Shown here: in pieces, positions 28,803 through 39,338 of the stretch
Layout: every line of letters starts with the position of its first letter
Position numbering within the stretch: position 1 is the first letter of the stretch
Origin: Thermoplasmata archaeon
Lineage (GTDB): Archaea; Thermoplasmatota; Thermoplasmata; Halarchaeoplasmatales; Halarchaeoplasmataceae
DNA length: 64,000 nt
Assembly (NCBI GenBank): GCA_046540335.1
Contig: JBKHFH010000001.1
Span: forward strand, 8,045 to 72,044
Direction of reading: 5' to 3'
The notes under the pieces: model-generated
What the model was told of the DNA's origin: nothing
The model's database searches: none
Seen by the model: the letters and a program-made list of their open reading frames with translations, nothing else
Made by a program: the position numbers and the translations under genes

Positions 28803-29249
28803 TTGGATGGGTTTAAGCATAGTATGAAGGGTATTTACCTTCTGTTTATAGAAGTCGATGAACCCGTGTCAAAAAAAGTCGGCGCACTTGGTGAAATACA
28901 CTTTCAGGACGGAAGCTACATATATGTCGGCTCGGCCCAAAAAAATCTAGAAGCGAGGATTTCAAGACATTTCAGTTCTTCAAAAACGAAATATTGGCAT
29001 ATAGACTATCTTTTAGAAGACGAGAACCTGAAGAAAGTGATCGCTTACGAGCTAGGAGGGGAAAAAGAGTGTGAAATCGCTCAATATTTAGATAACAAAT
29101 TCACGCGCGTGTCTGATTTCGGATGTTCGGACTGCAATTGTGCATCACATCTTTTCTTTTCTAAAAAGAATTCAGATGAACTTTTGGAAGAAATAACAGG
29201 TTCGATAGATACGGAGCCCTTGAGAAGCGAAGACCTTGATATTCAGTAA
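28803..29249 (+). CDS. DUF123 / GIY-YIG (URI) superfamily nuclease-like protein with C-terminal Cys cluster
   Basis: GIYLLFIEV ... YIYVGSAQKNLEARISRH ... KYWHIDYLL pattern typical of archaeal DUF123. CSDCNC motif. Confidence 0.6.
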   Translation: MDGFKHSMKGIYLLFIEVDEPVSKKVGALGEIHFQDGSYIYVGSAQKNLEARISRHFSSSKTKYWHIDYLLEDENLKKVIAYELGGEKECEIAQYLDNKFTRVSDFGCSDCNCASHLFFSKKNSDELLEEITGSIDTEPLRSEDLDIQ

Positions 29250-29290
29250 CCTTTTTATTTAACATAGCATTGTAACAGTCTATTCGCAGC

Positions 29291-29365
29291 GGGCCCGTGG
29301 GGTAGCTTGGTCGATCCTTCGGCGTTCGGGACGCCGGTACCCGAATTCAAATTTCGGCGGGCCCA
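29291..29365 (+). tRNA. tRNA-Pro (anticodon CGG)
   Basis: Acceptor GGGCCCG/CGGGCCC. Anticodon stem CGGCG/CGCCG with loop TTCGGGA. T-arm CCGAA-TTCAAAT-TTCGG. Confidence 0.8.
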
Positions 29366-29433
29366 TCTTGTTCACTATAAATAAACTAGATCATAAGTAT
29401 GAGGATTTATCCAAAAAAAGTCAAAATATTCAT

Positions 29434-29862
29434 TCAACCTCTAGAAGACCACACACCGTCGGGTACTTCGTCGTAGACGTTCTTTTCTTTTCCGGCCTCT
29501 TTTTCTTCTTCTTTGGCTGACTTTAACTTTTCTATTATCTTATCCTTTTCGAAAAGCCAGTAATGTATCCTCCACTCTCTTCCGTCATAAAGCGTGGTCT
29601 CTTCTCGTTCTGTGGTCAAGAGACCAGCATCTTCCAGCATGTAGAATACATCTCGATCCTCTTGTTCTAGGATATTATCGATTATCCTATCGTTGAATCC
29701 AAAAAAATTCAGAACATGTTCTGCCATCATCTGGGCCGCACTTGTTTCCATACCCTCCTCGTCGATACTGTTCTTTATAGCGGTCGTCAGTTCGCTGACC
29801 TTTATTGGTTCCGTAGCCATTCCATCAAAACGAATCGATCTATCGTCTTTTCCATCAGCCAT
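29434..29862 (-). CDS. Hypothetical acidic cytoplasmic protein (142 aa)
   Basis: ORF with coding-like composition. No motif I can name. Confidence 0.4.
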   Translation of the reverse strand: MADGKDDRSIRFDGMATEPIKVSELTTAIKNSIDEEGMETSAAQMMAEHVLNFFGFNDRIIDNILEQEDRDVFYMLEDAGLLTTEREETTLYDGREWRIHYWLFEKDKIIEKLKSAKEEEKEAGKEKNVYDEVPDGVWSSRG

Positions 29863-29995
29863 AATATCTCTCTGCTTCTCTGTTAAGTATTTTTGCGTCT
29901 CTTGATATAAATAATTTGTGGGAACTCAGCTCTGAAGAAAACTTTAGAAGGGAAAAGTTTTATAAATGAGTGTTTTCGGGCCTAAAAAAAACTAT

Positions 29996-30934
29996 TCATC
30001 CGAACAATCTCTCGACCATCCAACCCTCATTGAATTCGATCAGATCCTCGTAGTTTTCACCAGTACCTACAAAGAGCATAGGCCTACCAACCGCATGTCC
30101 TATTGAAAGAGCAGCACCGCCTTTTGCGTCTGCATCTATCTTGGTTAAGATAACTCCATCGATACCAACTGATTTCTCGAATTCCTTTGCCTGTTCGACC
30201 GCATCACTTCCAGCGAGTGCGTCGCCGACGAAGATTATCATATCGGGTTCTGACACTCTTTTTATCTTTTCCATCTCGTTCATCAGATTTTTGTTGGTCT
30301 GCATCCTTCCAGCAGTATCTATCAAAACGAGATCTTTCCCTCTAGCTTCTGCGTGTTCTAGAGCGTCATAGGCCACAGCTGCAGGATCACTCCCCTGAGA
30401 ATGCTTTATGACCTTCGCACCTAATTTATTCCCGTGTTCCTGTATCTGCTCTAGCGCTCCAGCCCTGAAAGTATCTGCTGCGGCTAATACACAACTGTAG
30501 CCCTGCTCTTGCATCCTTTTCCCGATCTTGGCGATGGTGGTAGTTTTTCCCGTGCCGTTCACTCCGACAAACATTATCGAAAAGGGTTTTTTCGCCTCTT
30601 GGATTCTTTTATCGAAATCGATCGCTTCGGTTTTCAAGGCGTCCTTGACAGCCCTTTTAAGGCTCGCTTCGACCACGTCTTCAAGTTCGTATTTCCTGCT
30701 GATCTTTTTACCTACTAGGTCCCCTTTCACTCTCTCTTGGATTTCCTCGACCACTGGAAGTGCTACATCGGCTTCGAGAAGAGAAACTTTCAGGTCCCAA
30801 AGGATATCTTCTATCTTACTTTCCTTTATCTTGGAACCCCACCCGTCAACAAATGCTTCATCGGGTTCTTCTTCGATTTCTTGTTTGCTGGATTCGGTCA
30901 ATCCAGATAGTTTATCCTTGAGTTTGTCGAACAT
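29996..30934 (-). CDS. ftsY: Signal recognition particle receptor FtsY
   Basis: SRP GTPase NG domain (GVNGTGKTTTIAKIG, DTAGR, TKID) without an M domain. Conserved neighbour of pfdA. Confidence 0.88.
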   Translation of the reverse strand: MFDKLKDKLSGLTESSKQEIEEEPDEAFVDGWGSKIKESKIEDILWDLKVSLLEADVALPVVEEIQERVKGDLVGKKISRKYELEDVVEASLKRAVKDALKTEAIDFDKRIQEAKKPFSIMFVGVNGTGKTTTIAKIGKRMQEQGYSCVLAAADTFRAGALEQIQEHGNKLGAKVIKHSQGSDPAAVAYDALEHAEARGKDLVLIDTAGRMQTNKNLMNEMEKIKRVSEPDMIIFVGDALAGSDAVEQAKEFEKSVGIDGVILTKIDADAKGGAALSIGHAVGRPMLFVGTGENYEDLIEFNEGWMVERLFG

Positions 30935-30959
30935 CTTTTTTCTCAGTCAGGTTTGCTTT

Positions 30960-31427
30960 TTATTGTATTACCTGACCCCCGCCGCCTTGGGTCTGCTGCT
31001 GTTGCTGAAGTTGTTGGTACTCTTTTCTCAGCTCCTGCTCAAGTTCCTGAGCATTTTGGTTCAGTTCCTCGATCTGCTCTTCGAGCTCTTCTTTATTCTC
31101 TTTGATCTTATCCTTTTTCCTCTCGATTATCTCAAGAGCGTCATCTATCTTCCTTTCGGCAGAGAGATCTGAACCGAGTCCTATCAGAACTTGGTCGTTG
31201 TCCGTTATCTTGGAGTGCACGTAAGAGTTAGCACCTATAGGGACCATTATCTCGGTTCCTTCTTCCTTTTCCTGATATTTTTTCATCGTTTCTTTTGCTT
31301 GATTATGCTCTTCAAGGAGATCCTCGATCATGCCCTTGTGTTCTTTCAACGCTTCGACCTGACCCCTCATCTGTTCTAGCCTATTCGCCTTCTGCTGTAA
31401 TTCCATCTGATTAACCATAATCTTCAT
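30960..31427 (-). CDS. pfdA: Prefoldin alpha subunit
   Basis: Two coiled-coil arms flanking a beta hairpin (VPIGANSYVHSKI). Conserved rplX-pfdA-ftsY cluster. Confidence 0.8.
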   Translation of the reverse strand: MKIMVNQMELQQKANRLEQMRGQVEALKEHKGMIEDLLEEHNQAKETMKKYQEKEEGTEIMVPIGANSYVHSKITDNDQVLIGLGSDLSAERKIDDALEIIERKKDKIKENKEELEEQIEELNQNAQELEQELRKEYQQLQQQQQTQGGGGQVIQ

Positions 31428-31666
31428 TCCTCCTCTTCTATCTTTTCCTGTATAAGGTTGTCTTCAACATCCTCCTCATCTACTTTTTCAGTATCATATA
31501 TTTCTATATTCGTTCTCTTCACTCGATGTTTACTACCGAACAATGAATATATTTTATCTATGGCTTCTTCTTCGTTCTCACTTACCACTTCTTTTGAAAA
31601 TCTCTGCCATTCACCTTTTTTATTACTCATCCTAAACTTTCCCATCACTTTGTGTACCTTCATCAT
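31424..31666 (-). CDS. rplX: 50S ribosomal protein LX (L18Ae/eL20 family)
   Basis: MKVHKVMGKFRM...WQRFSKEV pattern. Position upstream of pfdA. Confidence 0.7.
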   Translation of the reverse strand: MMKVHKVMGKFRMSNKKGEWQRFSKEVVSENEEEAIDKIYSLFGSKHRVKRTNIEIYDTEKVDEEDVEDNLIQEKIEEEE

Positions 31667-31870
31667 CTTTCACCTTGACTGATTATGAGGATTCATTAAC
31701 TGCTGATAAGGTCGAGGGGTATTAAAAATTAACCCTGCTGTTTTTGCGTCTGTTTGACAACAATACATATATACCACGTATCCCTAAAAATCGTTTAGTC
31801 GCGGGTGTAAGACCCGCTGGAGATGTGCCCAAAATTTGGGTGAATCCAGAAACGGTAATAACGTGGTATC

Positions 31871-32497
31871 ATGGCAGAAGATATTGTTGACGAAGAAGAG
31901 GAAGAGGAATCGATGGAGACCTACCCCAGCATGTACAAGTATATAGAGAAGGCATGGGAACAACCAAAAGAGGGATATCTCAAAGAATTGCAGAGAAAAA
32001 GACTCAAACAGTGGAGAAGAGACGACAATTTTAAAAGGATAGAGAGACCGACCAGACTAGATAAGGCCCGGAAATTGGGTTACAAAGCCAAGCCAGGTTT
32101 CGTGATAGCGAGGGCGAAGGTCCGAAGAGGCAATCTGAGAAAAACTAGACCTACTAGAGGTAGAGGACCTAAAAGGATGGGCGTGAAAAAGATCACCCCG
32201 AACAAGAACCTGCAGTGGATCGCAGAAGAAAGGACTTCAAGAAATTATCCGAATCTTAGAGTGCTGAATTCGTATTGGGTCGGAGAAGACGGTCGCAAGA
32301 AGTACTTCGAAGTGATAATGGTCGACCCGGATCATCCTTCCATAAAGAACGATCCAGACATCAATTGGATCTGCGGAAAAGATCAGAAGAGAAGAGTCTT
32401 CAAGGGAAAGACATCCGCTGGTAGGAAAGCTAGAGGTCTGAGAAGTAAAGGGACGGGTGCTGAAAGATCGAGACCCTCCAAAGAGAAGACGTCCTAG
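31871..32497 (+). CDS. rpl15e: 50S ribosomal protein L15e (eL15)
   Basis: [35 protein letters not shown] ... NSYWVGEDG motifs. Confidence 0.88.
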   Translation: MAEDIVDEEEEEESMETYPSMYKYIEKAWEQPKEGYLKELQRKRLKQWRRDDNFKRIERPTRLDKARKLGYKAKPGFVIARAKVRRGNLRKTRPTRGRGPKRMGVKKITPNKNLQWIAEERTSRNYPNLRVLNSYWVGEDGRKKYFEVIMVDPDHPSIKNDPDINWICGKDQKRRVFKGKTSAGRKARGLRSKGTGAERSRPSKEKTS

Positions 32498-32500
32498 GAC

Positions 32501-33556
32501 CTAATAATCTAGATCGTCGAAATCCGTGAAAGGTTCTTCTGGAGCTTTTCCAGGCTCTTTTATATATTCCAGATCTTCTTCTTTTATATCTTCCATAGAG
32601 TATTTTTCATTGAGAGCCTCTTTTATTTTTTCTTTCAACACTTCTAAATTTTCGCTTTCTAGAGCGGATATCTTCAGCCTATCGGAGTCGGATTTTTCTA
32701 GATCTGATTTGTTTTCCACTTCGATAAATTTAACATCTGGAAATTCCTTCTTTATCTCATTGTACAACTGTTCCTGTTCTTCCATCGGGTATCCGCAAGT
32801 TTCAGAAGGATCGAATAGATAGATTATAACGTCGGCGAGGCTTTCAAGAGCGCTCACCGCCTGCATCTCTATGTCGTTCCTTTCCTCTTTTGGCCGGTCG
32901 AGCATTCCAGGTGTATCTAGGAGCTGACATTTTCTGTAACCTAAAAAGAAATGACCGATACCCACCTTTTGAGTGGTGAAGGGATAAACATCTATCTTCG
33001 GCTTTCCGCTAGATATTTTCGAGACGAGTTCAGATTTACCCACATTCGGATAACCGGCGACAACGACAGTTGGATATTCAGGTCTGATGTCGGGTAAAGA
33101 ATTGAGCTTTTTTCTCGCTTCTTTCAAAAATTCCAGATTCTCGTCGACCTGTTTGAGGAAGGAATCAGTCCTTGCGTAGGCTTGTTTTCTGACTCTATCG
33201 ATCTCGTCTTCCTTTTCTAGTGAAACGACTTCTCTTGCAGCCTCCATCAATGTCCTTTTAGCTCTCCTCTTAGCCCAGTTTATTGCGCCTAAAGAATTTT
33301 TGAGATCATCCACATCTATTATTATATCGATTATATCAAAATAAAATTGAGGTAAAGTCTCTAGTGTCGGGAATTCTTCCTCGTATCTGCCGATAGTGTC
33401 TTCTATTATATGGGCAACGGTGTTCAACTTAACAGAGGCGGTTTTCTTTTTCCTCTCGACTCTATCTTTCGATTCTTTCCTCTTCTTTGAAGCTCGGCCG
33501 AATGCCTTGTCGAGTATTTCCTCAGCGTTCATCACAGGCGTGATATTGAAATCCAT
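32501..33556 (-). CDS. Nog1-family GTP-binding protein
   Basis: N-terminal NOG1 helical domain, then G1 GYPNVGKS, G3 DTPG, G4 NKSD. Confidence 0.8.
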   Translation of the reverse strand: MDFNITPVMNAEEILDKAFGRASKKRKESKDRVERKKKTASVKLNTVAHIIEDTIGRYEEEFPTLETLPQFYFDIIDIIIDVDDLKNSLGAINWAKRRAKRTLMEAAREVVSLEKEDEIDRVRKQAYARTDSFLKQVDENLEFLKEARKKLNSLPDIRPEYPTVVVAGYPNVGKSELVSKISSGKPKIDVYPFTTQKVGIGHFFLGYRKCQLLDTPGMLDRPKEERNDIEMQAVSALESLADVIIYLFDPSETCGYPMEEQEQLYNEIKKEFPDVKFIEVENKSDLEKSDSDRLKISALESENLEVLKEKIKEALNEKYSMEDIKEEDLEYIKEPGKAPEEPFTDFDDLDY

Positions 33557-33669
33557 AGTTCTTGTATTTACAGGGTGATGAATAAGGTTAACGGTCTATG
33601 AGAGTTTGTTACCTACACCGTCTGATTAAAGGAAATAGTTAAAAAGGAGTAGGTTTTTCCTTCTCCTAG

Positions 33670-34485
33670 GTGCTCCAAATGGAAGAAGGAGATCTTATCT
33701 ACGTGGATTACGATATATGGGTCGTGCCTGACAACGAAGACGAAGAACCTACTCTGTTCGATACCACAGATAAAGAGAAGGCTAAAGAAGAAGAGATATT
33801 TGATGAGGATTCCCAATATGGGCCTCGTCCGTTAAAGATCGGAGGGGAGAATATAGCCGAAGGTTTTTCAGAAGCTCTTCAGGAAGCCGAGATAGATGAA
33901 GAAGGTTCTGTTGAAGTCCCTCCTGAAAAAGGCATAGGGAACAGAGATCCAGAAAAGATAGAGCTTTACAGCAGGCGTGAAATGGAAAGGAGAGATATCG
34001 AACCGGTCCAGGGAAAACAGGTTGAGATTGACAATAGAAGAGGCAGGATTATCCAGGCTACAGCCGGAAGAGTACGTGTGGACTTCAACCATCCTTTGGC
34101 GGGTAAAACATTGCGATATGACTACAAGATAACCGAAAGACCCGAGAGCCCTGAAGAGATAGCGGAGGGCATACTCGAGATGGATTACCAAAAAGCAGAC
34201 TATGAAATAGAAGCTACAGAGGACGGTATCGACATAGTGCTGCCTGAGCAGTGCAAATACGATCAGAACTGGTTCGTAGCTAAATACAGGATAGTCGGAG
34301 ATCTGAGGGAACACCTAGAGGCGAAGAATATCCGCTTTATCGAGGAATATGTGGAGAAGGAAGAAGACGATATCGAAGAGGAATTCGAGGAGTTAGAGGA
34401 AGAAGCCGAAGAGGAATTGGAAGCGGATGATGAAGCTGAAGAGGATGAAGAATCTGCGGAAGACGAAGAAGATACCGCGGAGTAA
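33670..34485 (+). CDS. FKBP-type peptidyl-prolyl cis-trans isomerase (SlyD-like with insert-in-flap domain) and long acidic C-terminal tail
   Basis: GDLIYVDYDIWV ... LFDTT ... PLKIGGENIAEGFSEAL ... VDFNHPLAGKTLRYDYKITE. Confidence 0.8.
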   Translation: MLQMEEGDLIYVDYDIWVVPDNEDEEPTLFDTTDKEKAKEEEIFDEDSQYGPRPLKIGGENIAEGFSEALQEAEIDEEGSVEVPPEKGIGNRDPEKIELYSRREMERRDIEPVQGKQVEIDNRRGRIIQATAGRVRVDFNHPLAGKTLRYDYKITERPESPEEIAEGILEMDYQKADYEIEATEDGIDIVLPEQCKYDQNWFVAKYRIVGDLREHLEAKNIRFIEEYVEKEEDDIEEEFEELEEEAEEELEADDEAEEDEESAEDEEDTAE

Positions 34486-34534
34486 TCCCAACTCTTCTAA
34501 AAACCATTTTTTTTACAAACTCTAATGAGGGTAG

Positions 34535-34771
34535 TTGAATCCCATGGGCATGAAAGTCACATTCAAAGAATGGATCATGCTTATAATTATGGCCGTTTTA
34601 TTTATTTCTATAACATCTTATCTGATAACTTTCTATTTTGACGTATCTGGTCCGATGATCACCATGATAGCTCTTGCGATAATATTTGTAATATTCAAGC
34701 TCTATCAGTATAATAAAGGTGATGGGGAGAAGGAAGGTGATTATATGGGCGAAGATCAGAGGATCAACTGA
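34535..34771 (+). CDS. Small membrane protein (two TM helices), hypothetical
   Basis: Hydrophobic 78-aa ORF. Confidence 0.35.
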   Translation: MNPMGMKVTFKEWIMLIIMAVLFISITSYLITFYFDVSGPMITMIALAIIFVIFKLYQYNKGDGEKEGDYMGEDQRIN

Positions 34772-34893
34772 TATTGAATCTATATTGGCAAAGATATTTG
34801 CAATCATCTATGAGTGTGTAGAGGGATGATTTTTAAGGGTCTGGAGAAGTAGAGTGTTTTTACAGTTTAGAGAACAGGAAACAAGAAAAATAG

Positions 34894-34968
34894 CGGGCGT
34901 GGGGGGATTCGAACCCCCGATTTACAGCTTAGGAGGCTGTCGCCATATCCAGACTAGGCCACACGCCC
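34894..34968 (-). tRNA. tRNA-Arg (anticodon CCT)
   Basis: Minus strand reads GGGCGTG-TG-GCCTAGTCTGGATATGGC-G-ACAGC-CTCCTAA-GCTGT-AAATC-GGGGGTTCGAATCCCCC-CACGCCC-G. Confidence 0.8.
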
Positions 34969-35069
34969 TTTTTGTTAAGAGCAAGAATACACCTCATAAT
35001 TAAAATTTTACTTTAGAAGCTCTCTATCAAACGAAATATTTACAAACAACCTTATCTACTTATAATGCG

Positions 35070-35237
35070 ATGGTCGAGTTGGAACTTGAAGATGAACAGA
35101 GTGAAAACTTTGACTGTCCTGAGTGCGGTCAGGGTTGGCTCGTGGTCGATAGAGACGGTAAGGTAGTCTGTCAGAATTGTGGTGTAAAGTTCGACCGCAA
35201 GGAACTACTCAAAAACATACGGGACCGCTCTTTCTAG
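35070..35237 (+). CDS. Small zinc-ribbon protein (55 aa). Not in the ORF track
   Basis: Hand translation MVELELEDEQSENFDCPECGQGWLVVDRDGKVVCQNCGVKFDRKELLKNIRDRSF (CPxCG ... CxxCG). Confidence 0.5.
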   Translation: MVELELEDEQSENFDCPECGQGWLVVDRDGKVVCQNCGVKFDRKELLKNIRDRSF

Positions 35238-35315
35238 AGATCTTTGAATAAATCGGTAGGATAACCACCTCTAGTTTAACAAAAAAATTAAGAGGGACGG
35301 AATATTTGCAGGTCT

Positions 35316-36617
35316 ATGAACATCTCCATAATCGGTACTGGATATGTCGGTCTTGTGAGCGGAGTCGGATTAGCTAAACACGGTCACGATGTGGTTTGTG
35401 TCGATATCGACCAGGAAATAGTTGATTCTATAAATAATGCTGAACCTCCAATCTATGAAGAAGGACTAGAAGAACTACTCCAGAGAGTCATAGATTCAGA
35501 AAATTTGACCTCCACTACGGACTTGAAAAAAGCAGTGAATGAGACTGAAATAACTTTCATCTGTGTCGGCACTCCTTCCGGCAAAAAAGGTAGCATCGAC
35601 ACGACGGCCTTAAAGAAAGCCTCAGAAGACATCTCTGAAGCACTTGAATATAAAGAAGACTATCACGTGGTGGTGGTCAAGAGTACCGTAACCCCGGGTA
35701 CTACCGACAGTGTTGTTAAACCCATCCTAGAGGCTAGCGGTAAAAAAGTAGGTGAAGATTTAGGCTTGGCGATGAATCCAGAGTTCCTGAGGGAAGGCGT
35801 GGCACTGAACGATTTTCTGGAACCTGACAGGATAGTCATAGGAGGATGGGATGAGAGAAGCAGAGCTAAGACGGTAGAGGTCTACGATAGCTTCGAAGTA
35901 CCAAAACTTGTAACAGATATAAGGACGGCAGAGATGATCAAGTACGCCTCGAATGCTCTATTAGCTACGAAGATATCTTTCGCTAACGAGATGTCTCGTA
36001 TATGTGAAGAGGTCGGCATCGACGTCTATGACGTGATGGACGGAGTAGGTCTTGATCATAGGGTGAAGAGAGATTTCCTGAATGCTGGACCCGGTTTTGG
36101 AGGCAGCTGTTTCCCTAAAGATGTCAAAGCTATCAAAAACTTGGCGGAAGAAAAAGATATCAAAGCTGAACTTTTGAAATCTGTATTGTCCATAAATGAT
36201 CAGCAGCCGATCCATACCGTGGATATATTGGAAAGGGAATTGGGTGATCTTGAAGGAAAGAATGTGACTGTTCTAGGGTTAACCTTCAAGGGTGGTACCG
36301 ACGACATCAGAGAGACGAGAGCTTTACCTATAGTGAAAAGTTTGCTTGAGAGAGGAGCTAATGTAACAGGTTATGATCCAGAGGGCATGGATAATTTTGC
36401 AGAACTAATCGACGGCATAAACTACGAGGACAGTATCAAGGAAGCTCTGATAGATGCTCACGCATGTATCATCCAGAATGATTGGGAAGAGTTCACCACA
36501 CTTGGATCTGATGATTTCGGGGCGATGAGAGACAAGGTCGTTCTCGACGGTAGAAGAGTGCTCGTTGAAGATAAATTGGGCCAGGAGATCACTTATTTGA
36601 CAGTTGGCAGATCCTGA
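35316..36617 (+). CDS. UDP-glucose 6-dehydrogenase family (nucleotide-sugar dehydrogenase)
   Basis: N-terminal Rossmann IGTGYVGLV, catalytic GGSCFPKD, three-domain Ugd architecture. Confidence 0.88.
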   Translation: MNISIIGTGYVGLVSGVGLAKHGHDVVCVDIDQEIVDSINNAEPPIYEEGLEELLQRVIDSENLTSTTDLKKAVNETEITFICVGTPSGKKGSIDTTALKKASEDISEALEYKEDYHVVVVKSTVTPGTTDSVVKPILEASGKKVGEDLGLAMNPEFLREGVALNDFLEPDRIVIGGWDERSRAKTVEVYDSFEVPKLVTDIRTAEMIKYASNALLATKISFANEMSRICEEVGIDVYDVMDGVGLDHRVKRDFLNAGPGFGGSCFPKDVKAIKNLAEEKDIKAELLKSVLSINDQQPIHTVDILERELGDLEGKNVTVLGLTFKGGTDDIRETRALPIVKSLLERGANVTGYDPEGMDNFAELIDGINYEDSIKEALIDAHACIIQNDWEEFTTLGSDDFGAMRDKVVLDGRRVLVEDKLGQEITYLTVGRS

Positions 36618-36658
36618 GTCGATTAAGTTTATAAACCCGAATTAAGATGTGAGTAACG

Positions 36659-38188
36659 ATGGAAAGGTTCAGAAGGGTTCTCTGTGTTATTGGCATAGTC
36701 TTTTTACTTCTGAGTCCAATAGTTTATTTAGGTTCCGAAGATGCAGATGCCGCCCCTATCATAGGTGAAGATGACGATTACATAAAAGCGGTGGAGCCTG
36801 GTGAAGAAACCACATTTTACTGGACAGTCTATCGAAATTCGACTGATGATTTCGCCGTGAAAATAAGCATAGACGGGTTTGAAGAATCCGGGAAAACCGT
36901 TTCTCCAGATTTTTTTATACTGGATGAGGAAAATACATATAAAGTGGTGGGTTTAACAGTAGATTTACCCTTGTATCCAGACGGAGACATTAGTGAGGGG
37001 GAGATCACTTTTTCTTTTAGGCGATTGGACAAGGATGAAATCTGTTTCAGAATGACGAAAACTGCCAGAATCCAAATATCGGGTCTTCCCTCGGGAGAAG
37101 AAGCCAACACGATAGTCGGAGGCTATAGAAATCCATTACCCTCACCTCTGGACGGGCCTACGGGAGCGTTCATGTTGAACCTCTTGATCTGGTTCGGCAT
37201 CGGGATGACGGTATTTTTCGTCGTCACGCCCATAATCTATAAACTTACAAAGGAAACGCAGACTGATCTGTATAAACTGATGTTGAAGATGATAAGAAGG
37301 CCGCTCTTGATATTTATATTCCTATATGGTTTAATCAACTCATTACTCCGCCTTAGGCTACCTTTTGAACTGCGGGCCTCTCTGTTTCAGATTTATTCCC
37401 TGCTAGCTCTCGCCATAGGGGTCTATGTGGTCTATCAGATCTTCGATGGTATTTTGGATGAGATATCTTCGAGGCGAGGAGGTGAAACCTCACCCTTCGG
37501 GAGAATTCTAAAACCGATCTTCGAGAAGGCGGGTATGATAGTCATCTTTCTTGGAGGACTAATGATAGGGATGCGGATCCTTGGAATACAAGTGACCGCT
37601 CTCTTGGCAGGAGCTGGTATTCTCGGTCTCGTGGTAGCATTCGCGGCCCAGGACACACTTTCAAACTTTTTCAGTGGTGTGCATCTTCTTCTAGACAGAC
37701 CTTTCACGATCGGCGACGTTCTGGAATTGGAGACGGGGGAATACTGCAGGGTGGAAAATGTAGGTATGAGGAGCACCAAACTCTACAATATAAGAGACCA
37801 TGAGATGATCATCCTTCCTAACAACTCCATCGCCAACCAAAAGATAAAGAATCTAGCTGAGCCTGACAAGAAGAAGAGAGTCATGGTAAATGTAGGCGTC
37901 GCTTACGGTTCCGATATAGAGCGGGTTAAGAAGATACTTTACGGAGTGTTGGAAGATAATGAAAGTATAATTGAAGAGGAAGGATTCGAACCCGTCGTGA
38001 GATTCAGTGGATTTGGAGATTCTAGTCTGAATTTCAACGTTCGTTTCTGGATCGATGACTATATGAAACAGTGGGATGTGGCTAGTACTATCCGTAACAA
38101 GATCGATCATCAGTTCAGAAAAGCTGAAGTTACGATACCGTTCCCACAGAGGACCGTTTGGATGAAAAATGCTGAAAGAAAAGATTGA
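36659..38188 (+). CDS. MscS-family mechanosensitive channel with signal peptide and an extracytoplasmic N-terminal domain
   Basis: Conserved MscS pore and beta domain (LGLVVAFAAQDTLSNFFSG ... PFTIGDVLELETGEYCRVENVGMRSTKL ... ILPNNSI). Confidence 0.85.
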   Translation: MERFRRVLCVIGIVFLLLSPIVYLGSEDADAAPIIGEDDDYIKAVEPGEETTFYWTVYRNSTDDFAVKISIDGFEESGKTVSPDFFILDEENTYKVVGLTVDLPLYPDGDISEGEITFSFRRLDKDEICFRMTKTARIQISGLPSGEEANTIVGGYRNPLPSPLDGPTGAFMLNLLIWFGIGMTVFFVVTPIIYKLTKETQTDLYKLMLKMIRRPLLIFIFLYGLINSLLRLRLPFELRASLFQIYSLLALAIGVYVVYQIFDGILDEISSRRGGETSPFGRILKPIFEKAGMIVIFLGGLMIGMRILGIQVTALLAGAGILGLVVAFAAQDTLSNFFSGVHLLLDRPFTIGDVLELETGEYCRVENVGMRSTKLYNIRDHEMIILPNNSIANQKIKNLAEPDKKKRVMVNVGVAYGSDIERVKKILYGVLEDNESIIEEEGFEPVVRFSGFGDSSLNFNVRFWIDDYMKQWDVASTIRNKIDHQFRKAEVTIPFPQRTVWMKNAERKD

Positions 38189-38189
38189 T

Positions 38190-38702
38190 CTATATATCTT
38201 TCAAAATTTCCTTTATTTTTTCCTTAGCGAACTCATAATCTATCTGCCCTAGATCGAACAATCTTCCTTCATCCCCATATCTCTCGACCTGATTCCTGTG
38301 GAGCACAGCTATAACTGGTTTTTCTGCCTGGAGTAATTCATCTACTTTCTCAACGAAATAATCAGAAAAGAGTTCCATCGTACCTATCTCATCTATGACG
38401 ACAATTTCACAGTCTTCAGAGATATTATCCAGGGACCTCTCGGTGGATTCTCTCAGGTCATCCATATCGACTCTATACCTGCTCACTTTCGGTCCGTCCT
38501 CCACATCTACATGAGCTAATATACCCTCTTCTCCACTTTCTATATCGACCAGTTTGAACCCTTTTCTTTTTCCCTTTTCTCTGATATCTGGCGTTCTAAG
38601 ACCTTCAACTTTCAGATCCATTTCCTCAGCTATCTCCCCCACGAGCGTACTTTTTCCGGATCGGGGAGGCCCGGTTATAAATATGTTGTTTTTATTCGTC
38701 AT
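38190..38702 (-). CDS. THEP1-family nucleoside triphosphatase (COG1618)
   Basis: ITGPPRSGKSTL Walker A, and VIDEIGTMEL Walker B. Confidence 0.8.
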   Translation of the reverse strand: MTNKNNIFITGPPRSGKSTLVGEIAEEMDLKVEGLRTPDIREKGKRKGFKLVDIESGEEGILAHVDVEDGPKVSRYRVDMDDLRESTERSLDNISEDCEIVVIDEIGTMELFSDYFVEKVDELLQAEKPVIAVLHRNQVERYGDEGRLFDLGQIDYEFAKEKIKEILKDI

Positions 38703-39262
38703 CTTTTACCCCTTATCCAATAATGGTCCTCCCATTTTCCTTTATCAGTAATAATGAAACCGTGATCTTCCAACAGATCAACAGCTGTTTCTAATGTAAA
38801 TCTCTCATGGGAGGGAGGACCTCTTTCAGAGAGCACTTCTTTATCCCAGTCCACGACACAGATTTTACCTTGATCTTTCATCACCCTATATATCTCGTCC
38901 AATGTCTTCTTATCGTCGATCTCATGAAGGACATTTAAAAGAAAACTTTTGTCCACTTGTTCGTTTTCTATCTGTATATTCCCTTCATCTGATAGTACCA
39001 CATCTATATTCTGGCATCCTTTTTCATCACATTTATTCTTCAATTCTTTCAACATCTCTTTCTGTACGTCGACAGCGTATACTTTGCCTTCATCTGCGAT
39101 CTCGGAGAGAGGGAATGTAAGAAATCCCGTGCCCGCGCCTAGGTCCAAGATCACATCTTTACTCTCTATATCCAGTAGCGAAATGACCTCTTCAGGATTT
39201 AACCTATCCTTTCTTTCTTCAGAGTCAAGAAAAGCTGCATGTTTGGGATCATACTTTGACAT
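38699..39262 (-). CDS. Class I SAM-dependent methyltransferase
   Basis: Motif I VILDLGAGTGFLT, followed by VYAVDV. Overlaps THEP1 by 4 nt, so probably an operon. Confidence 0.8.
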   Translation of the reverse strand: MSKYDPKHAAFLDSEERKDRLNPEEVISLLDIESKDVILDLGAGTGFLTFPLSEIADEGKVYAVDVQKEMLKELKNKCDEKGCQNIDVVLSDEGNIQIENEQVDKSFLLNVLHEIDDKKTLDEIYRVMKDQGKICVVDWDKEVLSERGPPSHERFTLETAVDLLEDHGFIITDKGKWEDHYWIRGKR

Positions 39263-39338
39263 ATCCTACAATGATACTGGTGGCAAATAAATCTAACTCA
39301 CGCAAAGATTTATTTATAAATGATTCACTAATGTAAAC